DNA of 62,834 bases, filler included, from Octopus bimaculoides (Eukaryota), in NCBI RefSeq assembly GCF_001194135.2. It is 5 parts of 5 records of this genome, joined end to end, with 100 filler letters (N's around TTAATTAATTAA, not from the genome) between each part and the next. Parts side by side here need not be neighbours in the genome. Positions count along the whole stretch, not along the records: positions 37,206 to 54,259 come from NW_026390614.1; 4 more parts are not named here. One strand, 5' to 3'. Position numbers and translations under genes: made by a program. A model generated the notes under the pieces. It was given only the letters and a program-made list of their open reading frames with translations. It made no database searches and was not told the origin of the DNA. Below are positions 40,084-52,965 of this stretch, one piece after another (within the stretch, counting starts at the first letter, position 1; the number at the start of each line of letters is the position of its first letter).

Positions 40084-40580
40084 CAGTGTTCCTGTGGGTT
40101 TTTAAAATGAAAATTCAAAGGTTTTCAAAGTTTTCCAAAGGTATTTTCAAGCTAGATTCAAGGAATGTCATGACCACTCCACAAAAAATTCAAGGGTTTC
40201 CAAGGACATCCTTCTGATAAAACAAAACTATTTACACTACTTAGGTTCTCAAATCATATTGTTTAAATATCACCTAATCTATTTCCTCAAGTTCATGACT
40301 AATGTGTAGCAATGTTTCCACACCAGTGTTGGTTGCCTGTACAAGCAACCAACACTGATGTGGAAACATTGCAAATATGAATTCAGACTAATAGTTTAAG
40401 TAGAACAATATTTCTTCTGTAGTATGGGGAGTGGACTGAATATAAAAATTTTAAATATAAAATCCAAAGTTTTCAAGGATTTCTGTGTGTCTGGATAATT
40501 TTCAAGGCTTTTACAGGCCTGGAATTTTACTTTTAAAATTCAAGGGCATTCAAGGAATTCAAGGATCAGCAGGAATCCTG
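40084..40580. mobile_element. MITE-like element with repeated ttcaagg motifs
   Basis: Ends cagtgttcctg / caggaatcctg; many ttcaagg subterminal motifs. Confidence 0.55.
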
Positions 40581-41538
40581 ATTAAGAAATTGGTAAGGCC
40601 TGTAGCATGATTTTCATTTTTAGTGTTGTATGTGGACACAGGCCTACCTGCATGGAGATCTGCCAGCAGTTATCCTCACATATATGATATTCAGTGTCTG
40701 AACATAGTGATTAATCACAACACTCTGAAAGTCAAACTAGCATATGTCCATTTTTCAAAGATAATTCTTACATTTTTTCAACAAAACCATACAGATACGG
40801 ATATTGTAAGAAATGGCTTGATGAGCCACTTCTAAAGATATCCATATCTGTGTGGGTTTGCTGAAAGAGTCCCAAGAAATTTCAAGCTGTAGTAATCTTA
40901 TACTGGTTTATTTTTTGGCTGTTTTGATCAATGATTTGGGTAAATAGCTAACATAGATCTGAGCTCTTTCAAAATGATATTAGAAAAAAATTGCGTGTTT
41001 CACCTCCATAATGCATAAACCTCATAACATTAATGTCAATACAACAGCTTTGTTAATTGGTTGAGTGCTGGAGGTAACTGACATGGTTTTGAAGAAAAGT
41101 GAATTATTGGCATGGTATTGGTATCAGCAAAAGATGAGAATTCTGCTGAGATATGATTGGTAGTCGGCTGCACAACACGGTGATAGCTGATCTTGAAAAA
41201 TGTTTAGAAACAGAAACAGACATGCCCCAAATACAGTTCCACCCAGGATGATTTGTTGAGTCATGCTGACTGTTGGACAACCTCACCTCTCATCTGTGAT
41301 ATCTAATAGTTCAGCTTAGAAAACGTTGACAGCACTTCATCCAGTAAGATGAAGTTCCTTATCTGAGTGGCATTATCTCACCTGTGCAAACAGAGCACAG
41401 ATATCGATTTTGGTTCATATTGAATTGAGTTATTGGATATCGGCAAATGCCAATAATACACATATTGGCTTATTCCTAGGAGATGGCTATTCAATTTTGG
41501 GAATTGAATATACAAAGGCTGGTATCTTTGATACTTAC

Positions 41539-41698
41539 TGTGAATCACTGATGAAAGTTTCAACTGGCCAAATGAAAGTTTGTCTTTTTTGCCATACCAG
41601 TCATATAACTTGCTTAATTTGCTGGTCAGGACATGGCATAGTATTCTTCACACTGTTTCACTAGTATTTTTACCCCCAAGCACAGCAAGGTAATTAAC
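41539..41698 (-). pseudogene. DUF4806-like pseudogene exon (VNYLAVLGGKNTSETV*RILCHVLTSKLSKLYDWYGKKDKLSFGQLKLSSVIH)
   Basis: ttttcag| and |gtaagt; 160 nt, phase 0-1; TGA at 41648-41650; GG..ETVRRI...Y.W.G motif. Confidence 0.8.
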
Positions 41699-42429
41699 CT
41701 GAAAATGGATAGGTTCTGTCATAAAGTTTTACACACTACAGGCTAAATGACTGATAATACATTAACACTTTATATTATGAGAACACAAAAAAGCACAGCT
41801 ACCTTTGACAGTTTAGAAAATTTGTCAATCATTCCAAACATATTTGAATTATAAACAATTTTGTTTTAATGACAGAGTCATGAATTTGGGTTGGCAAATA
41901 TAAGAGTCCAGAAAGATATCCCATCGTTCAATTACATATGGTGCACAACAACAATTTCAGCATCTAGGCTATTTTGTGACAAATAGGATCAAGTTTTGTA
42001 AATTGTTTATGCATATGATGGTCACTTGCCACATGATTTAAACCCAATGCAATTGGTTAACTTATCTTATTTTACCAGTAAAACAGAACTTGTAAACCAG
42101 AGTATACAAGCACCATGTTACTTTCTGAGGTTTCTGCTGGGACCTTAATCAAATAATCTTTTCAACTGAATATCAGGTTGATGCTCTTAAATATTTTTTA
42201 ATTACTATACATTAAAAAAAAACCAAATCTGAGGTTATGAGTACTGAGATGAGCACACAATGATGGGTGTGAGTTTCTTGGGAGTGTGTGTGGGATATGG
42301 AAATGCACACATGTGAAGAATGGAGGAAGCAATTGTCACATGTAAGTAGACAGATCAGTTAGAGAGGAGCAGAAAGGTTATTAATTAACCAGCAGGTAAA
42401 ACCACGAAAATGTAAAATGTACAACTTAC

Positions 42430-42647
42430 CATGTTTTGAACCGCACCATCACTTAACTCAGCTTCTAAAACCTCAACATCCTTTTGACGAGAGAAATGAA
42501 TTGTATCAGGAAGGTTTCTTGTCTCTGAAATGGAGGATGAGGATAGAATATTTTGAATTAGCTGCAGTATAGACTGCAGCATTTCCCTCTGCTGGGACTG
42601 TTCCTCTTGAATTTTTTCAATTGTAGTGAATAGTTGCTGATCCTGAA
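42430..42647 (-). pseudogene. DUF4806-like pseudogene exon (QDQQLFTTIEKIQEEQ...VEVLEAELSDGAVQNM), acceptor removed by the RTE
   Basis: |gtaagt donor; 218 nt, phase 1-0; coiled coil followed by an LP...VE.LE..L segment. Confidence 0.75.
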
Positions 42648-45600
42648 AGAACACAGGTACAAGATTTTCTGGGCAGGGAACACAGACAGGGTCGGGGGAG
42701 TGGGTATACTTCTTGCAGAGAAATGGGTGGATAAGGTAATCAAGGTAGCCAGAGTATGCGATAGAATACTTAAGATCAGATTAGTCCTTCACCATGGGTT
42801 AGCAACCATTATCTTCGCCTATGCCCCTCAGCCCGGGCTACCCGATGGACAGAAAGACCAATTTTATGACGCCTTCTTGCAGACTACCTCGCCGACGAAT
42901 GACAGGGACCTTCTCTTTGTGGCTGGTGACTTCAATGGTTATGTTGGACAACATTCAGGGGGCTTCCATGGCGTACATGGAGGCTATGGTTTTGGTTCCC
43001 ACAATGAGGAGGGAACCAGGCTGCTGGAGTTCTGTGATGCAAATGACATTATGGTTTACAATACTAACTTCAGGAAACCTGCCAGTCACCTAGTCACCTA
43101 CCGTTCTGGCAGACACACTAGCCAAATTGACTACATCCTCGCCAGAAAAAGGGAAAGATGGCTGCTTATAAATGCCAAAACCTTCCCAGGCGAAGAATGT
43201 ACCCCACAACATAGACTAGTAGTTAGTGACTTCAGTATCAGGGCTAAGTGGTTGCCCAGAAGATGACCAGCATGGAGGAGAAGGGTCTGGAAGCTCAAAG
43301 ATCCTATGGATGGACAGAGATTTAGAGACTTATTACTCGAAGTCTTTGATGAAATAGAAGGGGATGTAGCTTCACACGATGTAGAAGACAACTGGAGGTT
43401 TCTATTGGACAACCTGCTGAGGGCCACTGACCAGATCTGTGGATGGTACAAAGTCCCCTCTCTCACCAAAATGACGTGGTGGTAGAACAATGATGTTGAC
43501 AGGGCTATTAGACAAAAGAAACAGACTTGGAAGGACTGGAAGAACGGTGGTAGCAGGAAATTGTATCAGACTGCCAGAAAGGAAGCTAAGCGATAGGTTT
43601 ATTTAGCCAGAGGGGAAGTAGATAAGAAAAAATTGGCCAATGTTCTGCACCATGAGGATCAAAGATTTGAGGTATTTCGTGTTGCAAGACAGTGTGTGAG
43701 AGAGAATCGTGAGGTCGTGGGAGGGAAATGTGTTCGCATGGATGATGGTACGCTTGCACTAAACGAGGCTGCAAAGAAAGAGGTTTGGAGACGCCACTAC
43801 AAAAGATTGCCCAATAAAAAGAATGAATGTGAGAAAGAGAGTCTGCCGAATGTCGACCCAACAGAGGGACCAGCTATCCAAGTTGACAGTACCATGGTAG
43901 ATAAAGCAATTAAGAGTATGAAGACAGGGAAAGCCCCCGGCCCATCAGGAATCACTGCAGAGATGCTCAAAATATCTGGCAGTGTTGGCTACAGCCTAGT
44001 CACCCGTATTACGAACCAGGTGATACACGAAGGAGTCATACCCAATGACTGGTGTAGCAGCACCATAGTAAACTGCTACAAAGGTAAAGGTAATACTTTA
44101 GGTACAAATAATTACAGAGGTATCAAGTAGTTAGATCAGGTAATGAAAGTCATGGAGAGGGTCATAGCCCAACTAATTAGGGAGAGAGTCAGTTTAGATA
44201 AGATGCAGTTTGGGTTTGTGCCAGAGAAAAGCACCACTGATGCTATATTTCTGGTAAGACAGTTGCAGGAGAAAAACCTAGCCAAAGATAAACCTCTGTA
44301 CCTGGCTTTCGTTGACATGGAGAAAGCCTTTGACAGGGTCCCCCGATCTCTTATCTGGTGGTCAATGAGGAAACTAGGGATAGAAGAATGGTTAGTGAGA
44401 GCTGTGCGAGCCATGTACAGGGACGCTGTCAGTAAGGTGAGAGTTGGCAATGAGTACAGTGAAGAATTCTGGATAGAGGTAGGAGTCCACCAAGGTTCTG
44501 NNNNNNNNNNNNNNNNNNNNNNNNNNNNNNNNNNNNNNNNNNNNNNNNNNNNNNNNNNNNNNNNNNNNNNNNNNNNNNNNNNNNNNNNNNNNNNNNNNNN
44601 NNNNNNNNNNNNNNNNNNNNNNNNNNNNNNNNNNNNNNNNNNNNNNNNNNNNNNNNNNNNNNNNNNNNNNNNNNNNNNNNNNNNNNNAGTTTCAGGTGTG
44701 GAAGCAAGGACTAGAATCGAAGGGCCTTAGAGTCAACCTAGCTGAAACCAAAGTTCTAAGTAGGAAGGTAGACAAACCACAAACCCCTTCAGGTAGATGG
44801 CCCTGCTCGATCTGTAGAAAAGGCGTGGGTAGAAACTCTATAAGATGTACCCAGTGCAAGCTATGGACACATAAGAGGTGCAGCAATATCAAAGGAAGGT
44901 TAACTAGGAAGATAGTTTTTGTATGTGACAGATGTTCAGGAGCAATAAACACTGGAAATGTGCAGAAAACAACTTTGGCTGCATTCCAGGGAGAAAAACT
45001 AGACTAAGTTGATAGCTTCCACTATCAAGGGGACCAAGTTAGTAGAGGGGAAGGGTGCACTGAAAGTGTAGTTGCTAGAATAAGAATAGCCTGGGCAAAG
45101 TTTAGAGAGCTCTTACCTCTGCTAGTGACAAGGGGCCTCTCTCTCAGAGTAAAAGGCAGACTGTATGACGCATGTGTACGAACAACCATGCTACATGGCA
45201 GTGAAACATGGGCCTTGACTGCTGAGGACATGCGCAGGCTTGCAAGGAATGAAGCCAGTATGCTCCGATGTATGTGTAATGTCAGTGTGCATACTAGACA
45301 GAGAGAAAAGTTGAACCTAAGAAGGATCAGTTGTGGTGTGCAAGAGAGACGATTGCGCTGATATGGTCATGTGGCGAGAATGGATGAGGATAGCTGTGTG
45401 AAAAAGTGCCACACCCTAGCAGTTGAGGGAACCTGTGGAAGAGGTAGGCCCAGGAAGACCTGGGATGAGGTAGTGAAGCACAACCTTCGAACATTGGGCC
45501 TCACCGAGGCGATGACTTCTGACCGAGACGTTTGAAAATATGCTGTGCATGAGAAGACCCAGCAAACCAAGTGAGACCTAAATCTAAGGCCTCTGCCAGG

Positions 45601-46157
45601 GGTGTAGCCAGCCCACTTATGGATACCTTCCTTCATTGGACACTAAACTCTGCTTGCAAAGACCTGTTGGGGCAAGTGAAATCGAAATCGAACTACATTC
45701 GATGACTGGCACCCATGCCAACGTCGTCTCCTTCATTAGACACTAAACTCAGCTTGCAAAGACCTGTTGGGGCAAGCGAAAGTGAAATTGTGATGGCACC
45801 TGTGCCCAGCGTCGCCTTCCTGGCACTTGTGCCGGTGGCATGTGTAAAGCCATTCAAGCGAGATCGTTGCTAGTTCCGCTGGACTGGCTCCTGTGCAGGT
45901 GGCACGTAAAATACACCATTTTGAGTGTGGCTGTTGCCAGTACCGCCTGACTGGCCTCCGTGCCGGTGGCACATAAAAGCACCCACTACACTCTCGGAGT
46001 GGTTGGCGTTAGGAAGGGCATCCAGCTGTAGAAACTCTGCCAAATCAGATTGGAGCCTGGTGTAGCCATCTGGTTCACCAGTCCTCAGTCAAATCGTCCA
46101 ACCCACGCTAGCATGGAAAGCGGACGTTAAACGATGATGATGATGATGATGATGATG
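42648..46157 (+). mobile_element. 5'-truncated RTE-clade LINE (APE endonuclease, RT, PHD-like finger, 3' UTR, (GAT)n tail), defective
   Basis: APE motifs AGDFNG and SQIDYIL; RT motifs LAFVDMEKAFDRV and GVHQGS; premature stops at ~43264, ~43482 and ~44128. Confidence 0.96.
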
Positions 46158-46910
46158 AAAAAAGGTAGAGTAGAGTTACAAAATACTTGCTGAGTATACC
46201 TCATGACATTAGTAGTTTACAGATATACTGAAAATACACAATCAATAATAATTGCATTTCACATTTGCTTTCTGGAATCGAAGAGATCACTAAACCAACA
46301 ATCAACTACTGTGGCCTTATATAAGGTCTTGTATAACACTAATATTTATTTGCCTTTTCTAGTTTGCTGTGATTAGGGGTAGGGGTTTCATATTCCAGAA
46401 ATGGGAATTATGATACCTATTTAACAAGGAAGTGGCACCTTGTTTCAGTATCTCGAGGGCCTTTAGAATAATAAACGACATCAAAGTTAACATTACAGTA
46501 ATATATTTCTCACGCTAATACAAGCAAATGAGAAAATGTTGAACATGGAGACACTGCAGCTATCTGAAGCTAAAACTTATGATATCATCACACAAATATC
46601 AACAGACCAGTTAGGATGAGTTATACAATCTATTGTTTTTAAGTAATCCTTTTGAAACAAGATAGGTTAAATTGATAAAATTCTTGAAAATGTTTTTTCA
46701 TTTGACTCTACCTTCATTTACCTGCCAGTTATTTCTTAAGCACTGTAACTATGTATCAGAGTGAAAGCTGACATTTCAAACATAGCTCTCCATGCAATAA
46801 TCCCAAGAGCTGCTTTCAAGCACAAAATGTTTTATTTTTCCGTTTATAAATAAATTTGAAATCACTTTCCACACACCCTAAAGTATACCAATGATATAAT
46901 ATTGACTTAC

Positions 46911-47107
46911 CATGCAACAACTGCTCAGATTTTCCTGACAAGTTGAGAGGAGCTATATTTGCACTTCTTTCTTTTGGCATATTGTGAATGTCAGTTGGCT
47001 GTGGATATCTACTTGGCTATTGAGACAAGTGAGGTTGAGATGCTCTCTCTTTTGGAAACTGAATGACAGGCAGTGGCTTTAGAAGCATCCATCATCATCC
47101 TCATCAT
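46911..47107 (-). pseudogene. Probable upstream decayed exon of the same pseudogene (acidic, Pro-rich)
   Basis: ttttctcag| and G|gtaagt; the phase-1 end matches exon 42430-42647; contains stops and a frameshift. Confidence 0.45.
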
Positions 47108-47250
47108 CTGAGAAAATTAGTTCCCAATACAAAATAAAATGAAAAGTAAACAGGGAATTACATGTATTTCCCTTCACACAGTGAATAACATTGGTATCTG
47201 ATTGTCAATAGAACATATTGGAACTCATACAAATGTTTATAATAAGCCTC

Positions 47251-47441
47251 AAACTTGTACTAATGTCATGAAGTATACTCAGCAAGTATTTTGTAACTCT
47301 ACCCTACCTTTTTTCCAACTTTCTATTTCAGTTCAGGATTAGTGGCTATTCACCACAATTGAAAAAATTCAAGAGGAACAATCCTAGCAGAGGGAAATGC
47401 TGCAGCCTGTACTGCAGTTAATTCAAAATATTCTATCCTCA
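47251..47441 (+). repeat. Inverted duplicate of the pseudogene intron end and exon start (pre-RTE state)
   Basis: Reverse complement of 46158-46215 joined to 42540-42647 through an intact ccaactttctatttcag acceptor. Confidence 0.88.
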
Positions 47442-48269
47442 TGTTATTTTGGACATGTCTGACAGCCTACCTGCACTTTCATGTAAAATGAAAGGTGGAT
47501 GGTGAGTAGGGACTCAGAGTTTTACATGCGTGTCCTTGGGAACTGATATGCAGCCCTATTTCCAATGCAAATATTACATTCAACAAACATGGGGTGATCC
47601 TAGCTGTCAGATATGGTGATAAACCCCAAGACATAAAAAAATAAACGAACATCTAAAAAAGATTCGTTAATTATACTTATTATTAAAGAACTGTCTGTTT
47701 GAAATCTGTAGACAGGCTATCTGTAGCTCTCCTAATGATATCTATTTCTGTAGGGTTTCATTAAGAAATTTGAAATATATTTTGAGCTGTGGTAGGTTTA
47801 TGTTTGTTTTTGGCTACATGCATCAAAACAAATAATCTGTCAAATGTTAATAGCCATCAATTATTAGCTTTAAATGTAAATGCCATAATGTTTGTTGATG
47901 CTTAGAAAAAACAATTTTAACATCTTTTTCCATCCCAATTTAACATACCTTAAATTAAACATGTGTCAGTTTGGATTCAAGTTGTGAAAATGGCATGCAC
48001 TATTCTTCACTGAAACATATGATTCACAATTAATTGTTTAACATTTCTGGAATAAAAGGACATTAAATTTTCCCATACATTATATTGAACTGGCAAAATT
48101 TTAAAGCGTTTTTAGTCTTAATTATGACACTAGATAAATCATGTTTTTTTTTAATCCTAACTTTCGACAGGGATATTGAATTTCCCTGCTTTTGATGTGG
48201 AAAATGAAAGGATTGTATTTTGAGTTGCTTCTCCTGCTCCTGCATGAAGCAAAAGGACATTGCATGTCT

Positions 48270-48900
48270 AACTGCAGTACGACAGCAATCCAGGTGGAGA
48301 AAAAGGTGAAAGACCTGAAAGCCAAAACAATAACTTCAGTGGCTCGATGACTGCTGGCTGAGCAAGGAATTTCTGAGCAGATCATATGTGACAATGGAAC
48401 CCAGGTCACATCTCAGGAATTCAAAAAGTTAGCCAATGAGTATGGGTTCAACATCATAACCTCATCACTACACTACCCCAAAGATCAAGGATTCATAGAA
48501 AGACAGGTGTAGACAATCAAGAAAACACTAGTCAAATGCCTGGCACTTCTGTCCTTATGAGCAACACTACTGAGGATTGACATGAAGTTTCCAGCAGATA
48601 TGCTGAATGGCAGGAAATATAAACCCACCCTATCAACAAAAATCCAACCTCCTATTGACCAGGAAGAGACAAGGGCAAAGCTAGCAGCCTCTCAAAAGCA
48701 AGGACAGGAATATTATAACAAACATGCACAGTACTTACCTGAGATACTTGGAGAACAACATGTGCATACTCAAGATCCTATAACCAAAACATGGATCCCA
48801 ACACAAGTTGTCAGTAGAGCTGAAACTCTTAAGATCATGCATTATACAAACTGAATCTAGTAAGCAACTGAGACGAAACAGGGCCCACATTCGCCCAACA
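48270..48900 (+). mobile_element. Gypsy/Ty3 integrase relic
   Basis: EQGISEQIICDNGTQVTSQEFKKLANEYGFNIITSSLHYPKDQGFIERQV core, then PADMLNGRK and QLRRNRAH C-terminal motifs; stops and frameshifts. Confidence 0.88.
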
Positions 48901-50149
48901 CCAAAGCTGCCAAGGATAACATGCACAACACTTGAAGCATCAGTGGCAACACCAACAAGAACTACAACACCCACAGCAGATGACTGCACTTACAGAATGT
49001 GTGCTTCCACAGTCATCACCTCAACGGGCACGAACCACCCATTAGCAACCCAACGACATCATGCACATCTCAGACATCAATACAAAATACAACAATTTCT
49101 ACTAGATGGAAACCCAATATCTTACCACCAATTCGATACTACTAAAAAAAAAAAAAAGTTATAATAAATAAATGAAATAGATAAATAAATGAATTTAAAA
49201 AAAAGGTAAATAATAACTAATTCTGCTTAGATTAGGAAGCAGAAAATCATGTGTGTGGGTAGAATAATCTCACGCTTTCTGCTGCAGGATTGAAACCTTT
49301 GCTCTGACAATCCACTAGTGCAAGGAAGATTACTTCTATTTTTTTTAATTGCCAAAAGATCTTTTTTTTTAGAAGAATGGATGTTATATGTTTATATGTA
49401 TGTGTATGTGTTGGTATACATATATATGAATACAGTGGTGGCTCGTAGATAAAATTAGTGGTGGGTGCTGCTTCAGAAAATGTTTAGCCATTGTTTTAAT
49501 ATTGTGTAAAAGGAAACAAACATATAAAAAGAATATTTATACATAAACTTGAATGGTTCGCACTTTAGCCACTGCTGGTTAGTGTGTTTAATTTGTTCAC
49601 TAAACACCACTGCGAATTCCCCCTTGTTTTTCAAAAATCACCCCCTAAATCATAAAATAAGGGGGGAAAATCTGCCCTATTTTTCAAATCCTGGCAGCAA
49701 CACTGTAGCTGGAAACAGGATAATAATCTAATTCTACACTCTATCAAATTCAAGAATATAAACACATTTTTAAGCACAACACACATGGAGTCAAAAAGAA
49801 ACACTACCTTTCACCAGCACACCAGGGTCAGCACTGTGTGAGCCACAGTGCTCTCTCTCCTGGTGTGCAGCTTCCTACCTCGGTCATGTGAGCATGCGCA
49901 CAACAGCCAAACACCATGTCACTGGAAGCACACAGTTCTATACAAGGATTTTTGTATTTTCTTTATAAACTAGGAGATGGCTACCAATATTAAGCTTAAG
50001 GATTATATAATCTTTTCTACTCTAGGTACAAGGCCCGAAATTTTCGGGGAGGGGGCAAGTCAATTAGATCGAACCCAGTATGCAGCTGGCACTTAATTTA
50101 TTGACTCTGAAAGAATGAAAGGCAAAGTCGACCTCAATGGAATCTAAGG

Positions 50150-50345
50150 ATTCACTGAAATGCTAAGTTACGGGGACCTAAACACACCAACATGGGTTGT
50201 CAAGTGGTGGTTGGGGAACAAACACAGACACATACACAAATATATACATTTCTGTCTACCAAATTCACTCACAAGGCTTTGGTCGGCCTAAGGCTATACT
50301 AGAAAACAATTGTTCAAGGAGCCCCACAGTGGGACTGAACCCTTG
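50150..50345 (-). mobile_element. CORE-like SINE fragment
   Basis: Reverse of the 38570-38760 body. Confidence 0.75.
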
Positions 50346-50424
50346 TATGTAAATAAATGAAAATTGAAAGAATTTCTTTTTTAAATGGATGAATTAAAAA
50401 AGATTTTTAACTGTTGTTTGGTCA

Positions 50425-51447
50425 AATTGTAGATCTGTTCAGTTTGGAACACAGATTTTAAAATTAATTTTTTAACTAAACAGTTTGAAACTTTGTATAC
50501 TGGTGGAATGTCTCATGCAGAACACGGTTCACTTTGAGCATTTTTGACAAAATTTAGTATTTTAGAAATTATTTCATGTTAAAGTTGTCATATTTGGGTA
50601 ATTTCAACCAATTAATGATGTGTATTCAGTTGAAGAAAGCTACTGTTGTTTGTGATAGTAATCGAAGAGGAACAACTTCTGGGTCATCTCTACTAAATGT
50701 CACCACTCTGTTCTTTTGTATGTTGAGCGAAGACAATGCCACCTTTATCCTTTCTTCTTTCTAGTCAGCACCATGCATTCCTACCTTCATGCTTTGATAA
50801 TGTTATTTTTAATCTAATAAAGACTTTTATATTGACGAAATGTGTTTGTTATGGATTATAGTAAGATAAAATCATGACAATAACAATACATCTCATAGTT
50901 GCAAAATAATGCATTTTGAAACTACATAGATGTCAACAACATGTGGACCCGTAGCTCTATTGGTCTTTTAAACACGGGTGTGTTTTATGTGTGGATAAAA
51001 CACCAATGTCAGGCAAATGAATAAATATATGTAAATAATATTTCTTCCTTCTTGGTGTTGATTCTTTGATGTTTACTGGTTACTTGTGTCGGCACAAGAA
51101 CCAAAAAAAAAAAAAAAGAAGCGTGTAATATGCAACACAGACAGTAAACAAAAATAAAAAATGGAACAGAGTGGTGACATTTAGTAGCGATGACCTGGAA
51201 GTTGTTCTTCAATTACTATCACAAACAGCAGTAGCTTTATTCAACTTAGTACATGTTGTTGAGTGGTTGAAATTACCCAAATACAACAACTTTAACAGGA
51301 AATAACTCCTAAAATACCAAGTTTTGTCAAAAATGTTCAATGTAAATCATGTTCTGCATGAGACATTCCACCAATATGCGGTTTCAAACTGTTTATTTAA
51401 AAAAATTAATTAAAAAATCTGTGAGCCAAACTGGACAGATCCCAAAT
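50425..51447. repeat. Inverted repeat pair (~290-bp arms, ~450-bp spacer)
   Basis: 50425-50713 is the reverse complement of 51164-51447. Confidence 0.88.
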
Positions 51448-52467
51448 TGTTTCTCCGTTGTTGAAAAGTGGTGGTGTGAGTCGGAGACACATCAGTCAAA
51501 TAGTTATTTCCTGACTCAATTCACCCCAAAAACATTGTTTTGCAAACAATATGCGAGTTCAATTCCAATGACTCAAACATTGTGAAACTCTGTGGAAATC
51601 TCTCAGAAAGGATTGAGTTTTTTACCATGCTCACTTGCCCTGAAAATTATATTAGTAGTACACTTCCCTAATTGTTCAACCAACTGATTACTCACATTCA
51701 AAACTAACAGGTGAGATAACTTGCTGGGGCTGCCCGCTGGAGCCTAGCAACAGGTATTTAAAGGGAAATTTGACAAGACAGTCAGTCAGCTGCTGACACT
51801 GGTTGATGCTTCATTGAAGAGGCCAGGGAACAGAAGAAAGAAGACATGCACTCAACATCAGAGCTGAAGATACCTCCGAAGGGGGGGGCACCAAGTCAGA
51901 ACGGTAGAGGAGTAGGGGCTGAAACCAGACGTGGTTCCTCCTGATGATATCTTGAGCTAACTGGATCCTATAAAGGAGTTGTTGTGGTAGCAGACCACGA
52001 AACATGGTTGAAATTCCTTCCTCGTAAAGGACCTGTGCGTACCTCGGTGTGAAATAATTTTTCCCCACAGGTTTTTTTCGAGTGCATTTGTAAGGGTCTA
52101 GCTTGACCCTGCTTGAGATTTGAAACTAAATCCACCGGCTTGTTGCTTGTCAAAACGAGCAGGAAATCCTCCACACTAGATGATTGATGAGGAAACACTC
52201 CACCCCCTAACACCTGTACTGGTCAAGGAAAGGTCAGTCCTTTGTTTAAGGTTTGACCTACATTACTGACCATAGCTTATATAACAGAAAGAATTTTCTA
52301 TCTCTTCCACTTATGTGTCAGCTATGACCAAGGAGCAACACCGGCTCTTTTGTGTCAGTTATCTCTTCAGCTGACTTCTAAACCCGCGGTAAGCCACTTT
52401 TTTCCGGAAAAGAAAAGGGGGAAGGTTGGTGGAGACTTCGAAGTTTCCCACCAACGGAGTTTTGTTT

Positions 52468-52965
52468 CGCATTTTTCTTTTCCTGGTTATTTCGCATGCT
52501 TTCAACGAATGACATTGAAATCACACGTAAGCAGCTTTTTTTCTCCAGNNNNNNNNNNNNNNNNNNNNNNNNNNNNNNNNNNNNNNNNNNNNNNNNNNNN
52601 NNNNNNNNNNNNNNNNNNNNNNNNNNNNNNNNNNNNNNNNNNNNNNNNNNNNNNNNNNNNNNNNNNNNNNNNNNNNNNNNNNNNNNNNNNNNNNNNNNNN
52701 NNNNNNNNNNNNNNNNNNNNNNNNNNNNNAACTCAAACCCTAACCCTAACCCTGACCCTAACCCTAACCCTAACCCTAAACCTAACCCTAACACTAGTTT
52801 TGTGAGATTTGGCTGTTATTTCTAGCATGTAAATAGCCTGCTTGGTGGGGGGGGGGGATTGAAATTTTTCAAAAAAATTTTTTTCAGAATCGGAATCTCC
52901 ATAGCCTAAAAGTGGTCCATCTCTACCGAAGCATGCGAAATAATCTGAAAGAAAAAAAATCCGCG
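52468..52965. mobile_element. TIR element containing a (CCCTAA)n telomeric-type tract
   Basis: ~35-bp TIRs (ttatttcgcatgct / agcatgcgaaataa); CCCTAA array at 52730-52795, next to a gap. Confidence 0.65.

Noticed and set aside
52730-52795. True telomere or chromosome end
   Set aside because: Short, degenerate and enclosed by TIRs with unique sequence beyond.
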